Source: Iphione sp. A-MEVVRFRX5 (taxonomy: Eukaryota). Taken from it: a stretch of DNA of 64,000 nt. The position numbers and the translations under genes are program-made. The notes under the pieces are model-generated. The model searched no databases. It worked only from the letters and a program-made list of their open reading frames with translations, and had not been told where the DNA came from. Position 1 is the first letter of the stretch. Each line of letters starts with the position of its first letter. The stretch lies in contig OZ320313.1 of NCBI GenBank assembly GCA_976226885.1, forward strand, positions 38,998,001-39,062,000, in the 5' to 3' direction. Below, in pieces: positions 1-13,136 of the stretch.

Positions 1-1113
1 TACACATCTACAGACTCACAGTGGGTAGAGGGAGTGGAAGGTGTGGGGGGGGGGGGAGGGGAGACAGACGGACAGACATACAGTGAGGCATACAGGTAGA
101 GTGTTTGGTGGAAAGGTTGGACCGTGCACGGTCATATTTGCGTACCTTCAGATAAAGAGCAATATAGTTGTACTTGTCAAATGAGATTTAATGAAAAACA
201 ACTTGTGAAAATTATAAAAATTGCCCTTCATGAATTATACAATACGCCACACCAAAGGTACTTGTACATACTCGGTCAATTAATGTGAGTGCTCTCCTGT
301 GGGGAATATGCCTGACTCCTATTAGCATTTTGTTGGCATAAATTGCCAACTTATCCGTATGGCCACTAGGGGATTAGCTTGCATATCACTGTGGTCAACA
401 TAATGCCATATCGCCCCTGTCTAACCAATCAAATTGAAGGATTATAAAACAATATTTGAGATCCCGTGTTAAATTCAGATTGAGCTATGCGCCTGCGAAT
501 GGTGATATTCTGATAACTGTTTATATAAATCCAGAATCCCAGCATTTAAGCACATGCATGATAACACATAAAAAATGTATACCTGCTTGACCTAACCGAA
601 CCTAAGTCACCCAACCTACCGACTGATCTACCTACTCATCAGGCTATGTATGTACCTACCAATATATGGGGTCCCTCCCTATCTATCGATCCTACTTACC
701 TTCCCTGCCATTCATTTACCTACCAGACAATATATAGCCACATAAGAAACGCCGAATTACATATGCACACCCACAAACCTTGGCTTTGCACCCACATTTA
801 CACACAGGCACACGCACAGAGGCACACAAGTGCACGCAAGTACGCACACGCCTAGCAACGCCTGACGCACACCTCTTGCCTCCACCGTCAGCATCAACAG
901 GCACCAGCTTGGTCCACGATGACAGCAACAAAAGTGAACACCCGCTCATCCACTCCTTCACTGGCCTCCTCTCGTCATAAACGGATAGAACGTCAGCGGG
1001 GCGTGTGGTTGGCATCGGGTAGTGCTGGTCACGGATGGTTGATCTTGGCGGCATACCGGTTTGTTTGTTGTCACCGACGTTAGTCAGTGGTACCTCCCAA
1101 GCCACTGATTACC

Positions 1114-1247
1114 NNNNNNNNNNNNNNNNNNNNNNNNNNNNNNNNNNNNNNNNNNNNNNNNNNNNNNNNNNNNNNNNNNNNNNNNNNNNNNNNNNNNNNN
1201 NNNNNNNNNNNNNNNNNNNNNNNNNNNNNNNNNNNNNNNNNNNNNNN
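1114..1247. other. assembly gap (N run)
   Basis: Run of N bases. Confidence 0.99.
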
Positions 1248-1542
1248 TCAGACAGACGGAGACTAACAGGGATGTATTTTATCGGGGTTCATTTCCGGTG
1301 TTTCCGTACGATTAACTGAGAGAATTCTCCGTGATGCACATCATTTTTATTATGCCCACCATTGCTCTAAATAGTTACTGAGGCTAAGTGACTCAAAAGT
1401 AATGCCAATGTCGGCCAGTGTTCATGAAAAATGGATTTATCGTGAGGGAGAACGGTGCAATGAAGCTATTTGAATGAAAACACTTGTATATCTATAATTT
1501 AATGAGTAGAAAACGATTTTATCATTTACGTGTCTATATGTA

Positions 1543-1759
1543 CAAGCCCGTGGCCGATACCCCCCACAAGAGCCAGGAGGTCCACCCAGAGAAAGAAAAT
1601 GCTCCAGAAAAATTTAGGAAAAGTGAGAAATGTGAGGAATTACCCCAGAAATGTCCCATGCAAAGTGAGGAAAGTAAAGAAATGTGAGGAAATGTGAGGA
1701 AACATGCTGATTGCTTGCCAGGAAATACCCCACCACAAAAATTCCTGGCTACGGGCCTG
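1543..1759. mobile_element. MITE family A, copy 1 (TIR CAGGCCCGTAGCCAGG-like)
   Basis: Left end CAAGCCCGTGGCC, right end CCTGGCTACGGGCCTG. Flanked by TATGTA on both sides. Ends are shared with the copies at 34532 and 38054. The interior has short AAATGTGAGG repeats. Confidence 0.7.
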
Positions 1760-2578
1760 TATGTATCAAATTTACTTTTGAAATCATAGAAGTAATGGCA
1801 CGCCATGTGTTTATAGCCAAGAACGTTTCGGATTGGATTATTTCGGTCGGTTGGATGTTATTCCTCTGCTCTATGAGGAAAGCCATCGAGTATTAGATAT
1901 GTAAGTTGTGGTGGATCTCTCAAGTGTGGGCAGAAACTCAGAGACTGATTTAAACCCCTCGCCACGTTTTCACATTGGATCTCTCAAGTGATGTGCAGAC
2001 GTGGACACGTCACTTGCTACCTGCTGTTATGTAATGACGCCTGAGAGGGCAAGCAATACCCAGCTGGTTTGTTCCGTTGCAACTTGCAGCCAGGTCGTGC
2101 TGTCCCGGTATACAATGTATACCAGCACATGGTTTGTGTGTTACTACGTAGTTACCTACAAAGGTGTGATGCGAGAGTGATGTGCATGGTGTTCGTATAC
2201 ATGATCCTGGCCCTCTCAGACCTGACCCTCGGACATACAAAAAAAATGAAGGCCCACATGTGTGTATTTGTGCTTAATAGCTTGCGTTTCTCCTGGTTTC
2301 CATGCTGCATGCTATCGGCCAATGTCGTACTGTAGTACCCTTGTGTGTGAGTTTGCAACAAAGTTGTGAATTGTTTCTTGTTTGATTTGACCCCCGTACC
2401 TCGGCCGGCGGGCGGCCCGGCCGGCTTCCAGCCCGGGATCTGCGGCTAGAGTACAACGTAACGCAATCGCGCAGTGTTAGCGGCCTAGCAACGCCTAGCA
2501 ACCGCACCGCTAGGTGAAAACAACTGTGAACAACGAAGGGGAAAGGGGGCGTAGAGCACCACTGAATAGTGTCCAAGC

Positions 2579-2783
2579 ATGCCTAAAAGTTGCGAGGCGG
2601 TAGGTTGTACGAACCATGCGCGAAAGCTAGACAGAAAAGTGCGATTTTACACGTTTCCGAAGCGTCACCGGGAGGCCCAAAGAAGAGATTTGTGGTTGAA
2701 GGCCATTCAGCGGGTCAACAGGGACGGATCGCGTTGGAGCCCCACCCGGCATCTCGTGCTGTGCAGCGAACATTTTGTGTCAG
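2579..2783 (+). CDS. THAP zinc-finger protein, coding exon 1
   Basis: MPKSCEAVGC...FYTFP...RRDLWLKAI...W.P...LCSEHF matches the C2CH THAP pattern. Ends at a CAG|GTAAGT donor (phase 1). GC-rich promoter-like DNA lies upstream (about 2390-2570). Confidence 0.92.
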
Positions 2784-3402
2784 GTAAGTGCACTCTCTTA
2801 CCGTTTTCTGGTCTGCCTACAGTGTACAATCCACTGGACCCTTCATTAGGCTAAGTTTGTAGTAAGTTTTGAATGAACCAACCCGGGACCGGAACAGGTC
2901 CTAGTACTACGTGCACCCCGGTCTGTGTAAAAGTGCGAGACACATTACACACATGGACGTCCTTGTACCAGACCACAAAAGAAAATGATCTGAGAAAAAG
3001 TCCTACGTCATTCTTTGAATTTATTTTTGTTTTCCAAGGTACTGAATAAGTAACCTCATTCAAATTATATGATGGATCGGAAAACTTAGGCTCATCACGG
3101 CTTGAGGTAACTAGGTCGGACTCTGATGGAGTGGAACAGGTGCTCTCTGCTTGTCAAGTGGCAAGAGGGCAGACACCAGGGGGGTACTGCCAGTTGTAAG
3201 AATTTTGTTCATGTTCACTGTACATGTACCTTTAACATGGAATTAGATATTCAGTTATCATATCTTCCTGGGATAGTATACTACCATCTGTTATTGAGAA
3301 TTGAGAGACCAGAATACCTGGGGTTGCCCCTACTTTTTTTTCATTTCAAATAGGTTTCTTAGGTCTTCCTGTACATAGGAGACAGAATTCTATACACCAT
3401 GG

Positions 3403-3490
3403 CCTTTGTAACAGGCTATGGACCAATCTGAGTTGGGGCTTAATTCCCTTTGTAACAGGCTATGGACCAATCTGAGTTGGGGCTTAATTC
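3403..3490. repeat. perfect 44-bp tandem duplication
   Basis: CCTTTGTAACAGGCTATGGACCAATCTGAGTTGGGGCTTAATTC x2. Confidence 0.95.
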
Positions 3491-4201
3491 ATATGCAACA
3501 ATTGTTGGCTATACATATATCGAAAAATGACTAATGGTACATAATTTCTGCACCTGCTTTGTGTAATGAGATAAAAACTATCCAGGGCATATCATTGTTT
3601 TAAATACCCTTTCAGAGTACAGTAAATCTTAAAGCTCAATAAGTAAGTAGCATTACCTATGCATGGATAGTTTTTTTTATCCGGAACAGGTATTTGCTCA
3701 TTTGTTTATTAGCATACCCGTAGAGAGCAAAAAGATTTTAGGCCTCAAAACTGTTAATCAAATAGAATATTTTGCCATTCTATCGGGCAAATTTGATGTT
3801 CTCGTTTGTGGAGTTGAGTATCATACAGGAAGAAATGCCCTTTATTACCAGTGACATTCTCAAACATGTTTAGTTCATACACCGTTTGATATTATTGATA
3901 TTTATTCTCTGTCAGTTTCACGTTAGTCACTCCTTACGTTTGAAGCAACATGGATTCAATAGAACCACATTCACCCAGTCTAAACATGAATAACTTTTCC
4001 TGTTAGTGTAGAAAGTGCATAATACGGCTTGAAAATGCAACACAACTAACAGTAATAAAATGAAATATATCTGGTATGAAGTCCTCTGCAGCGTATAGCC
4101 GTTTGTTTTCTCTCCTCTCAGCTCTGGAAAACTCAGTCCTGAACATTTATCTGTTTAATTTACAGACTCCTCGGATTCACGGTGATCTCATTCTCTTTCA
4201 G

Positions 4202-4301
4202 GCAGACCGAATAAGAACCCGGAACATGTGGACTACGTGCCTAGTGTCTTCAAACGTCAGGCAGGGGTGAACACGAAGCGCACGTCCTACCAACCCAAAC
4301 G
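4202..4301 (+). CDS. THAP protein, coding exon 2 (completes the THAP domain)
   Basis: Acceptor TTCTCTTTCAG, phase 1 matching exon 1. Reads GRPNKNPEHVDYVPSVFKR..., with the DYVPSVF motif typical of the THAP C-terminus. Ends at donor CG|GTATGA (phase 2), or reads through to TGA at 4327-4329. Confidence 0.85.
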
Positions 4302-4566
4302 GTATGATGGAGCACACACCCTGGCGTGAACCAGTACTATAAAGTCAGCTCTAGGAGAACCCGATATACAGTTGTACTTCACAAATAAAGCCTGATCTGT
4401 CCCTCTCTGTGCTTAACTCCTATGCTTTTTTTCGTAATGACAAAGGTTTACTGAAAGCTGTCAGTGGGGCCCTAACGTCTTGTCTTCCGCCCTTTAGCAC
4501 CACCTTTCACCACGCATCACCACTTACTCTACAATATCCCTCTCCAGTTCCACTTATCCAATGCTA

Positions 4567-4570
<4 letters not shown>

Positions 4571-4652
<82 letters not shown>
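4571..4652. repeat. (CT)n microsatellite, about 41 units
   Basis: Direct observation. Confidence 0.98.
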
Positions 4653-4653
<1 letters not shown>

Positions 4654-4714
4654 GTTCATCTCTATATAGCTGTATTTATTTTCCCATGATATACACAATA
4701 AACCATTAGACAGA

Positions 4715-5780
4715 CTATTATACACTCGGGATGTTTCTCTACTAACATCTCGCACATTTTCGGGACTGCAGGCAGTTCGCAGGATACCTTTGAAACAAAA
4801 GCGTTACATCGTGGGTGGTCCTAAAACATGATGGTATGTCAACTCCTTAAACGGCGCTTTGCATGAACAACTTCTATTAGAAACACCATATGCAAATCTC
4901 GAACACCGTTATGGCCACTCGAGTAACCGCCACATAAGCCACGATGTTCACGACAGATCAGGACAAACGCAAAATTCATACACTTTACACATCAAACAGT
5001 CTCTTGTTTGGCGAAGGTTTATAAGTGAGATTTTCAGGTCTGGGCCACACAGTTGAGATGTACATATACTTGGGAACATCCCTGATCATCTCAGCAGGTG
5101 GGATACTTTCGTCAAGTTAAGAGTGAAGTTTTGAAGCATGACCTCATGTTCCTTGATACCGAAATCAGAGTAGATGATCCAAGAATTATAATAACCGTTA
5201 TGTACCAGCGAATCCACTGCTGTATTTAATTTTCTACGCTACTGTTTACACCAGGACTCCATTGGAAAAAGAACATCACGTACCGGTATGGACAATATTA
5301 TAGGTTGCGCACAACCTGCTTGCCTGCTGGTGGTTTCACCAGTGTTGCTGTAGGAAGCGGCAAACATCTGACGTACGGAAGGACTTTCCTCCAAAAGACG
5401 TGGTCTATTCTTGTGGCTGAGTTAACCACTTAGATGTAGATTCCTTCTCACTGCAACAACCCAACAGTGACAGACATAGCCACCGAAGGGTCCGCAATCT
5501 AGTGACTTTCACCCTGTTTATAATGATCAAAACGTAGGGTCACAGGTAATTGGGACTTTACGGCTATATTATGTACTGTAGAAAAGACCTCAGCAGAAAT
5601 GGAATGTCATCACAGTCTTCTAAATGACGCCCAGCATGAGGGACATTATGGTATTAACCAGATCATACAAAAGAGAACCTCACCAAGCACCCTGTGGAGA
5701 TATTTCCAACCTACTAAATTGTATGGATATCACCCAAAGTTACCAAAAAAGCGCTCAGTAAACTCACCTAGCAAAATGTA
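4715..5780 (+). mobile_element. degenerate Penelope-like retroelement RT fragment
   Basis: Broken frames give TRDV..TNISH, MQISNTVMATRVTAT*ATMF (cf. QxxGTAMGTxMAPxYANLF), WRRFISEIF (cf. WxRYIDDIF), MFLDTEI and KKNITYRYGQYYRLRTTC, in the order expected for a PLE RT. Confidence 0.7.
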
Positions 5781-6679
5781 ACGTTAGGTGTAATTTCGAT
5801 GTACATATTTTCACAGCCATGGTGTTGCGTCTTCACTTTTTTTTTTTCATAATTCTTGTTAATAACCTCGGTGTTTTCTTGTAGCCATTCACTATGCAGT
5901 GAATGGATGCATGGAAATTAAGTCTAAGTTGTTCACATTGCAGCAGTATATATTGTATCACATGCAGATGCAGCAGGCAATCCTGTTGAAGGCCGCTAAA
6001 AAATGCCCGATGGAGGAGCTCCAAAGCCACTGTCATCGGATCAGCGTGTCTTGTATGTAGGCATTTCAATGCCAATAGCCACACAGGATACAACGACACT
6101 GAGAAAAACAGTGGTTGCGTCATAGGTCATACTAGGGTGTGTTTTCAAATTTGATGTCCCAAAGACCTGCCCCATACGATCCATAAATCAAATCTGCACA
6201 GGTTTTACACAGGTTGTGTCATTAATGCATAAATTGTGCCTTTTTTTCACGCAAATTCGCACTTTCATGCAGGTTTCTCATATTTTACCTCATGCAGATT
6301 TCTACAAAGATACCACCACGCATACAGATACGCAGGCTTAGCTGTGAATCTAAATCGCCCTTTCATGTACTTCATTGCTAAAACAGATACATGGGCTGTG
6401 AATATTTGGACCTGTCCCAATCTGTAACAGTGTCCATATTTTTAATCAAAATACACAGACCTGTGCATGGAATCACTACACTGTTTAACGATAGACACCG
6501 GAAAAGATGCAGTGACTACAAAGCATGGCCACATGGAAATTCAGCCGTACGTAGACTTCAAATTAGTATATGTACTAGGACTAAATCATACCCAATTTGT
6601 TCGTCTTTGGCGAAAATGATAAGTCGTACCATTGTAATTGTTATTAGGAGACCTATGATAAAAGGCCCTTATACGTCCA

Positions 6680-6900
6680 CTGTCGCCTGTTGGTAGGCAG
6701 ACTCGTGTACGGACTCTGGGAGGCTCTTCGGTCGGCGACAGGCCCTAATGAAGTCAGATCTGTGGAATATCTTAGTGACACAGGACTTTCCCATGAGATT
6801 TCTATTGTTTTCCACCAGCATGCTGTAAACTGAGTTGAAGGTAATGACGAGAATGCTGTTAGGTGTGTCGTTATGTCGCTCGTCTCGGCGACAAGAATAT
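6680..6900 (-). mobile_element. possible second Penelope-like fragment (RT-endonuclease linker)
   Basis: ILVITFNSVYSML...ACRRPKSL resembles the PLE linker motifs LVxTYHP...AYRRPKNL. Confidence 0.4.
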
Positions 6901-8106
6901 GTATCTGGCAATAGCACCGGCGTTTAGGTAGATTTTATCACTCTACAGCAAACTTTATGGAATTCACTCAAGATGGTCATTTAAATCTGAGACATGCACA
7001 GAACTCGTTCTATATTCCAACGACTCCGTGACCCTGTGTTCAACAGAACCAGGGGAGATGCCTCCAATTTGGTTTTCCCTCTTTCGACCCAGTCTTTCGA
7101 TTCAGCCTTTTTGTGCACCACGTCAGCTTTTGGTCTAACCAAAGACCTTAGGTTATAAATTCTAGAAGTGATTCTGTAGTTTGTCGGTGAGCACGCTTTA
7201 GACAGGAACATGAGGGAACAAGGCTCCTACCGGTCCCGGACAGAGGCCACGAGGTCACTTCAATGAACATTTTAAGGTTGCATGCCACTTTTTGCTGATT
7301 ATTCCTCAGGTCACAGGTCATTTAAATAAAGACATCAGGTCATCAGGTCACCTCTGAAAGGCACGGTAGGTGGCAGGTCGCACAAACCCCTCGATCATTT
7401 ATCTTAATATAATAGTGTAGGGGGTGGGGTTTAAAGAATACATTTTTTCCGTCAGGCTCACTATCCTTCCATCAACCTTTTAAAGATTAACTGATTGTCC
7501 CGTGTCCTTCCGAAAATGCAGTTTTATCAAGATAAACCTCAGTTCAAACTAGATGTTGGTGCATAGTGTGCAGTGTCTAAACGTTATAAATTTCTTGGAA
7601 GCGGTGTGTATCACTGCAGGGGTGATAATACTCTTCCATCAGATTTGATAATCATTAATATTATGGCATAAAGTGTTCGACAGGCAAAAACTGTACACTA
7701 ACAGATTGTGATATACACTCGAAGGCAAAGTAGGCATGGCTGCAGGTGGGTATATTGTAACTACAGGTATTCGGCGCATTCGTGGGCATGTGTATATAAT
7801 TTGCGATTAAGTTTGCAGCGTTGTGTGGCCAGCACAGACTGTAGTGGTGCGCTTTGATTTGTTCCGATCTTCGTTCCGACACAATGTGAACTGGTTTTTA
7901 ACGACGTCGCTTCGTTCCTCCATATTACGGGCTGTGAGGATGGGTTAGATTGTGGATGGGTACTGAGGGGAGGGAGAGGTTATTGTTTGCCAGACAGGTT
8001 TGGAGAGATCGGGGACCAGTGGGCGCGGGGGGATGGGGGAAGGAGGGAGGGAGGTAGCGCCCGTTGTTGAACGCTTGCGTCGATAAAGTGCGCCAAAACA
8101 CGTTCG

Positions 8107-8120
8107 GTTGCCATGACAAC
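8107..8120. promoter_or_regulatory. RFX X-box motif GTTGCCATGACAAC
   Basis: 13/14 match to the palindromic X-box GTTGCCATGGCAAC, in a CpG-rich patch just upstream of an ATG and a splice donor. Confidence 0.55.
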
Positions 8121-8140
8121 GCAACACCTCGCGTCGAGAA

Positions 8141-8192
8141 ATGGAGCTACTTGAGAGCCCAACAGAGACCGTCCCCCTCCCCCTGCCAGCAA
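8141..8192 (+). CDS. candidate short first exon (MELLESPTETVPLPLPA)
   Basis: ATG 20 bp after the X-box, and donor CAA|GTTAGT (phase 1). The downstream partner exon was not identified, and an N gap follows. Confidence 0.3.
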
Positions 8193-8193
8193 G

Positions 8194-8196
<3 letters not shown>

Positions 8197-8226
<30 letters not shown>
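8197..8226. repeat. (GT)15 microsatellite
   Basis: Direct observation. Confidence 0.95.
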
Positions 8227-8227
<1 letters not shown>

Positions 8228-8269
8228 CGAATTAGTGTATACATTTGTGTCATTTTGTGCTAATAGTAG

Positions 8270-8476
8270 NNNNNNNNNNNNNNNNNNNNNNNNNNNNNNN
8301 NNNNNNNNNNNNNNNNNNNNNNNNNNNNNNNNNNNNNNNNNNNNNNNNNNNNNNNNNNNNNNNNNNNNNNNNNNNNNNNNNNNNNNNNNNNNNNNNNNNN
8401 NNNNNNNNNNNNNNNNNNNNNNNNNNNNNNNNNNNNNNNNNNNNNNNNNNNNNNNNNNNNNNNNNNNNNNNNNNNN
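8270..8476. other. assembly gap (N run)
   Basis: Run of N bases. Confidence 0.99.
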
Positions 8477-10409
8477 TGCTGCGGCCCCTGGTGGTGCTAT
8501 GCTGCTGAGATCAATACAATGCCCCTTAACTCCTCATATTGATGTGTGATTGCGTGTGCATGTCATGAGTAAAGTAATGTTTATGTGTTAAGAGTGAGTG
8601 CCATTATAACACTAAATATATATAAAATGTTGCCTGAACGTAGGTCCAGCCCATGGAATTATAAAGAACTATGTACTAATTTCATCTGTGTTTATATTTG
8701 GAAACAGTATGAAGCAAGATGCTCATTGATACATATTCTGTGTGTGAAAATACATAATCATTGAAATTACATGCTGCATGTGGCCCTACTTTTGCAGTGC
8801 TGAGTAGGGATATTTCTTTGTTGCATAACACAGTCCTTTACTGTGATTAATCAAATAGAACTTCCCTTACTGATGATTCTAGGGAGTGGGATAAGGCCTA
8901 AACCAAAAATATCTGAGATTCTGGTAACCCAACCGACCCTGATTTTTGCCCCAGTAGGAATTCCCTTAAAATTTTTAAATGGATTTATTTTCATCAATAA
9001 TGGACCAAGAAAGACATGCAATGGCTCATAGTCTTCCCAAGGTAGGTTTCACATGTATCTGTTGTTCACGCTCAGGGATCTGTTTGGGTGATTGCTTAAC
9101 AACCCAAACCAAGGCTTTTAGTTATTCTTGTCACATGTGCCCGTTAGCATAACTATCAGATCTGCTTGCATTTCTCCTATCCATCTGGGATGGGTTATAA
9201 TGCATATGATACATTCCACTATTTTTTGTACCAGCGATATTCTCCAAGACTACTAAAAACTACAGGAAGGAATTATTGTATAATACAAAAAAAGATTAGT
9301 ACAGACTCCTGATGCCTCCTAGACCCTGCCACAACAAAAACAATTGAATATATCAAATTAAACTATGATTTTTACTTTAAAAATGACCATCTTGGAAATA
9401 CATCTGGTACAAAAAATGGTGGAATATATCATATAGATGCGTTTTAAACAGGAATGTACTGCAGAAGAACATCTGGTATTAAATCATTCATGGACCTTAA
9501 ATGGAATGTCTAATAAATAATGCACCATTATGTGTGAAAAGTCAACAGATACATTTGAAACCAGCCATTGGGCCCTAACTTTCATGTGAACATTGTTATA
9601 TTCAAATCAGAACAGTAGAACCAAAGATGTAGTCCTTTGAAGTCTCTGCACATGCTATTCTCACAGAAAACAAAATCTAAAAATGAAACAAAGTAGCGTA
9701 CTGATCCTTATTTTTCAGAATTTTTGTAGAGGCAATTGCTTCACAGCAGCAGTTTACAGTGGTCCCCTGACCTATATAAAGGTGAGGGTGCCTGCTATGG
9801 AGGTGAAAAGAATTGGGATGCTCCACTTGGTCCTATTATAATATTAAGTTCCGTGCTACTCATTTGGCATTTATTTCAATCCTAACTCTGATATTATAAA
9901 GAGACGTGTAAAACCGCCTATAGATTAAGTGGCTTCTTTTAGGCATGTGATTGGTGAGAGAGAGGGAGAGAGACAGAAAGACAGACAGTCAGACAGAATT
10001 ACTAGGAGTACATGTAAAGGGAAATGGGAGGCAGAGGATAGAGACAGGTGGGGCAAGTAGAGATAGACAGTGAGGAGGGTTGGAGAAGCAAACACATAGA
10101 GAACGTCATTGCCGAGTAATTTGTTTAGTAAGGGTTTGCCTTGTGAATGTACGCATCACAGTCACCTAAGTTGGGATAAACGGTCACAGTCATGCATGAT
10201 GAAAGTCATGGGCACCGTCACACAACACAGTAGTGAGCGACTGGTTACGTGTTTGCACATTATGGATATCTAAATGTGAATGTGTACAATGTATACATGT
10301 ACTGAACTCCATGATCTTCCTCTCCCCCTCTGAAAGTTACGATGTGTAGCTCATATTCATTTATTGTCTTCATATGTTCACCACACGGGGCTTTGCCGCT
10401 TGGTCTTTC

Positions 10410-10515
10410 TATGGTATGTTTATGGACAACTGGTTACATCTATTGTTTGATATGATGTCGATAATATATGGTATATTTATGGACAACTTGGTTATATCTG
10501 TTGTTTGATAAGATG
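10410..10515. repeat. diverged ~57-bp tandem duplication
   Basis: TATGGTATGTTTATGGACAACTGGTTACATCTATTGTTTGATATGATG versus TATGGTATATTTATGGACAACTTGGTTATATCTGTTGTTTGATAAGATG. Confidence 0.85.
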
Positions 10516-12548
10516 ATCTGGGAGCAGAATAGTGCCAACCTCACCACACATCTCATTTCTCAACATTCCCCTTATTGTCGTGCTTTATTCATCTTCATAT
10601 CATACTACCCACATAGTGAGGATTTAGGTTTACCTGGATACACACACTTAGTGCATCTCTTAACCCAGAGAGAATATAGATTTAAAAAATGAAGCTGTAA
10701 AGTAAGATGGGACACAAAGTAATGATCAGACTAGATAACCAGGTGCGTCATACAGACGTCACGTGATGCGCATGCTTACGCACACATAATACACTACATT
10801 TGGGCAGTGTATACATGCACACGGATATACAAACGTATTTGGTCACGTATGTGTGAGCGGGCAGGTCTGGGCTTGTGAAACATAATTATGGTAGCTGGGG
10901 AGCAAAGAGGTGGGAGGGGCCTGTTGCTGGGAACTGTGCACACCTTACAACTACATCGATACGTTGTCAGTGGCAACTGAGGCCCGTTTACACCGTGGCG
11001 GTTCATTGTTGCTCCAAAGTCCCTCTCACCGGCGCAAAATGCAGGTAATTTTAGCACACTGCACAACGCGACATCTGGTGTTAGTTTTCAGTACATGGTG
11101 CCCATTGAAACTAAGAAACCTCATCAATATACAAGTAACAAGTTGTGTATTGCTGGATTACATGCTTTCTTTAGCCGTCCCCTTGATGACCTTTGTTCTA
11201 CTGACACAGTGTCTTATTTTTTCCCTCATCTTGTCACCACCTCTATGAACAGTGGTTGGTCCGAATATCACATCAACTACCCATTTCTGTCTGCCACACT
11301 ATCTGTCCGTTTTTCTATGTGTGTCTGTCCTTCCACCCCAACGGTGTATAGAGTTGCCTTAGCGTATGTGTAACCTAGCACCCTCCCCTGTGTGACATAG
11401 TGGCTGGTCATCGTTAACTGAAAGACCTACAATGGTTTCAAACTGAACGGAGACCTCAGCAAGACTCTTTTATTGTCACCCACATATTAACGGTACGTAT
11501 GTGGGAGTACAATTTGAAATACCCTGACTTTAAACTGACTTCTGAGAACCAGCTGCAACAGTTCCATGAATATCGAAGTGGAGTTTCCTCAGGCGCTAGG
11601 CTAGGTTGGCATATACGGTGAATGTGGTTTAAAAGCCCACACCGTAAGGTGCTGCCTACTCCTATTGTTTACTTTGGTGGCTCGTCGAAGACTAGGGAGA
11701 TTAACGTTTAGTCCGTAGCAGTAGACTACGTCAGCCTGTTCACCATGGCGGCATCCACACAACCACACCGACGTGGCCTATTCACGAAGGCACAAGGGGA
11801 CTTCTGGCGCCTGGCATGAGGTGGGAGATCTCGCTTATCGTGCTTCATACCGTGGCAGTAGGAACTGCAGTACCATACACTCCATACCATGTAGTTCAGT
11901 CTAGGACCGTACCAATCAACCTCTGTCGTTACTGGAAGCAATCCATACACTGTCTTGGTAAGGTTCTTTCGGTGATCCGCAGGGTCTTCGATCTCCACGT
12001 TTACCGGAGACGAGAGAAGCGCACAGACCTTTCAGTGTAGGACCCTTTTTGACAGTGTGCGTTAGTACAGTACTCTCCACTAGGGGAATATGCTGACGTC
12101 AGACATCCCACTGTACATGTATAAGCATGTACTGAGCGATTTTATGAAAACTTTGCAAAGCCGTTTAATTTCTACTCATGGTGTCAATGTAGCCATGGTA
12201 CGTGTATATTAATTACACTTTAAATGATAACATTTTTATGATCACAGGTCACACTCTATTTCATGGTGTAGAAGGTTGCATTAAGGGTTACGCTTACTGG
12301 GTCATAGCATATGGAAGGTCTGATAGATGTTTTGATATCTGAAAAATGTAGACTTCTGCTATATAATATATATTCATATCTCATCAAGTATGTGTTTGTC
12401 GTTAACATGGCAGTGTCAAAAGGTATGCAGCATGTATGTCTCAGAACAACCTCCTATTTCCAGTAGTATATCCCGTCTCATGTTAACAGCTCAGAAAATG
12501 CTAGATTTTGGTTAATAACAAGAGCCTTTTCTTTCTGTGTCATTACAG

Positions 12549-13136
12549 CCGGCACATTAACCAGGATATGCTGAAGTCGGAGCCGGTCGCTGTCATGTCC
12601 TCTTCCAAGGACGACCCCATGGATCTGGGGCCCTTTCTAAAGGAGTATGTCCTTAACAACCCCTTCACGTCCTCCCCAAGCCCTCCACCTGCCCCGCGGA
12701 CACCGGCTCCAGTCCGGACCCTGCTGCCAGCACGGACCCGGACGTCTTTCCTGGGGATCAAATCTCGGCCGGTGGTGGTGCCCGCCCAGTCCGTGCCAAT
12801 CAAATTGGAGAGGGCTTCCCCGAATGACACGCCGACGTGGTCTGGCGGCGGAAGCGCCCTGAACACAGCGGTCACCACAGTTGGACAAATCCCGGTCCTG
12901 GCAGTCAAAGCGATTCCCTCTCCGGCACCCATAGTCCACCAGGTGGCTCCCATAGTCCAAACCCCCACCGCCGATGTCGCTAAGCCTGCCAATGAAAACG
13001 AGACTCCAGTGCTGCTTCCGGTTCCGCCGGGTGGGGTCGTCGACACCCCTAAAGCGCACATTGGCAGTAACCGAAACTTTGCTGTCATGCTGAGGGAGAT
13101 GAAGCTACCGCACAAGCACATTAAGATAAAGAAATG
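12549..13136 (+). CDS. internal exon, Pro/Val-rich region of a putative DNA-binding protein
   Basis: Acceptor TTTTCTTTCTGTGTCATTACAG (phase 2), an open frame of 195 codons, and donor TG|GTGAGT (phase 2) that fits the next exon. Confidence 0.85.

Noticed and set aside
716-1105. 129-aa minus-strand ORF next to the first gap
   Set aside because: No recognisable domain. It runs into (TG)-rich low complexity and is truncated by Ns.
9760-11044. Candidate + strand exons 9760-9781 (GPLTYIK) and 10895-11044
   Set aside because: Splice-like signals exist, but the acceptor is weak, there is no homology, and the phases do not lead into the 12549 exon.
11726-12040. GC-balanced coding-like patch on both strands
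   Set aside because: No frame with consistent splice sites or a recognisable domain.
12543-13121. 192-aa and 140-aa minus-strand ORFs
   Set aside because: Antisense shadows of the well-spliced + strand exon 12549-13136.
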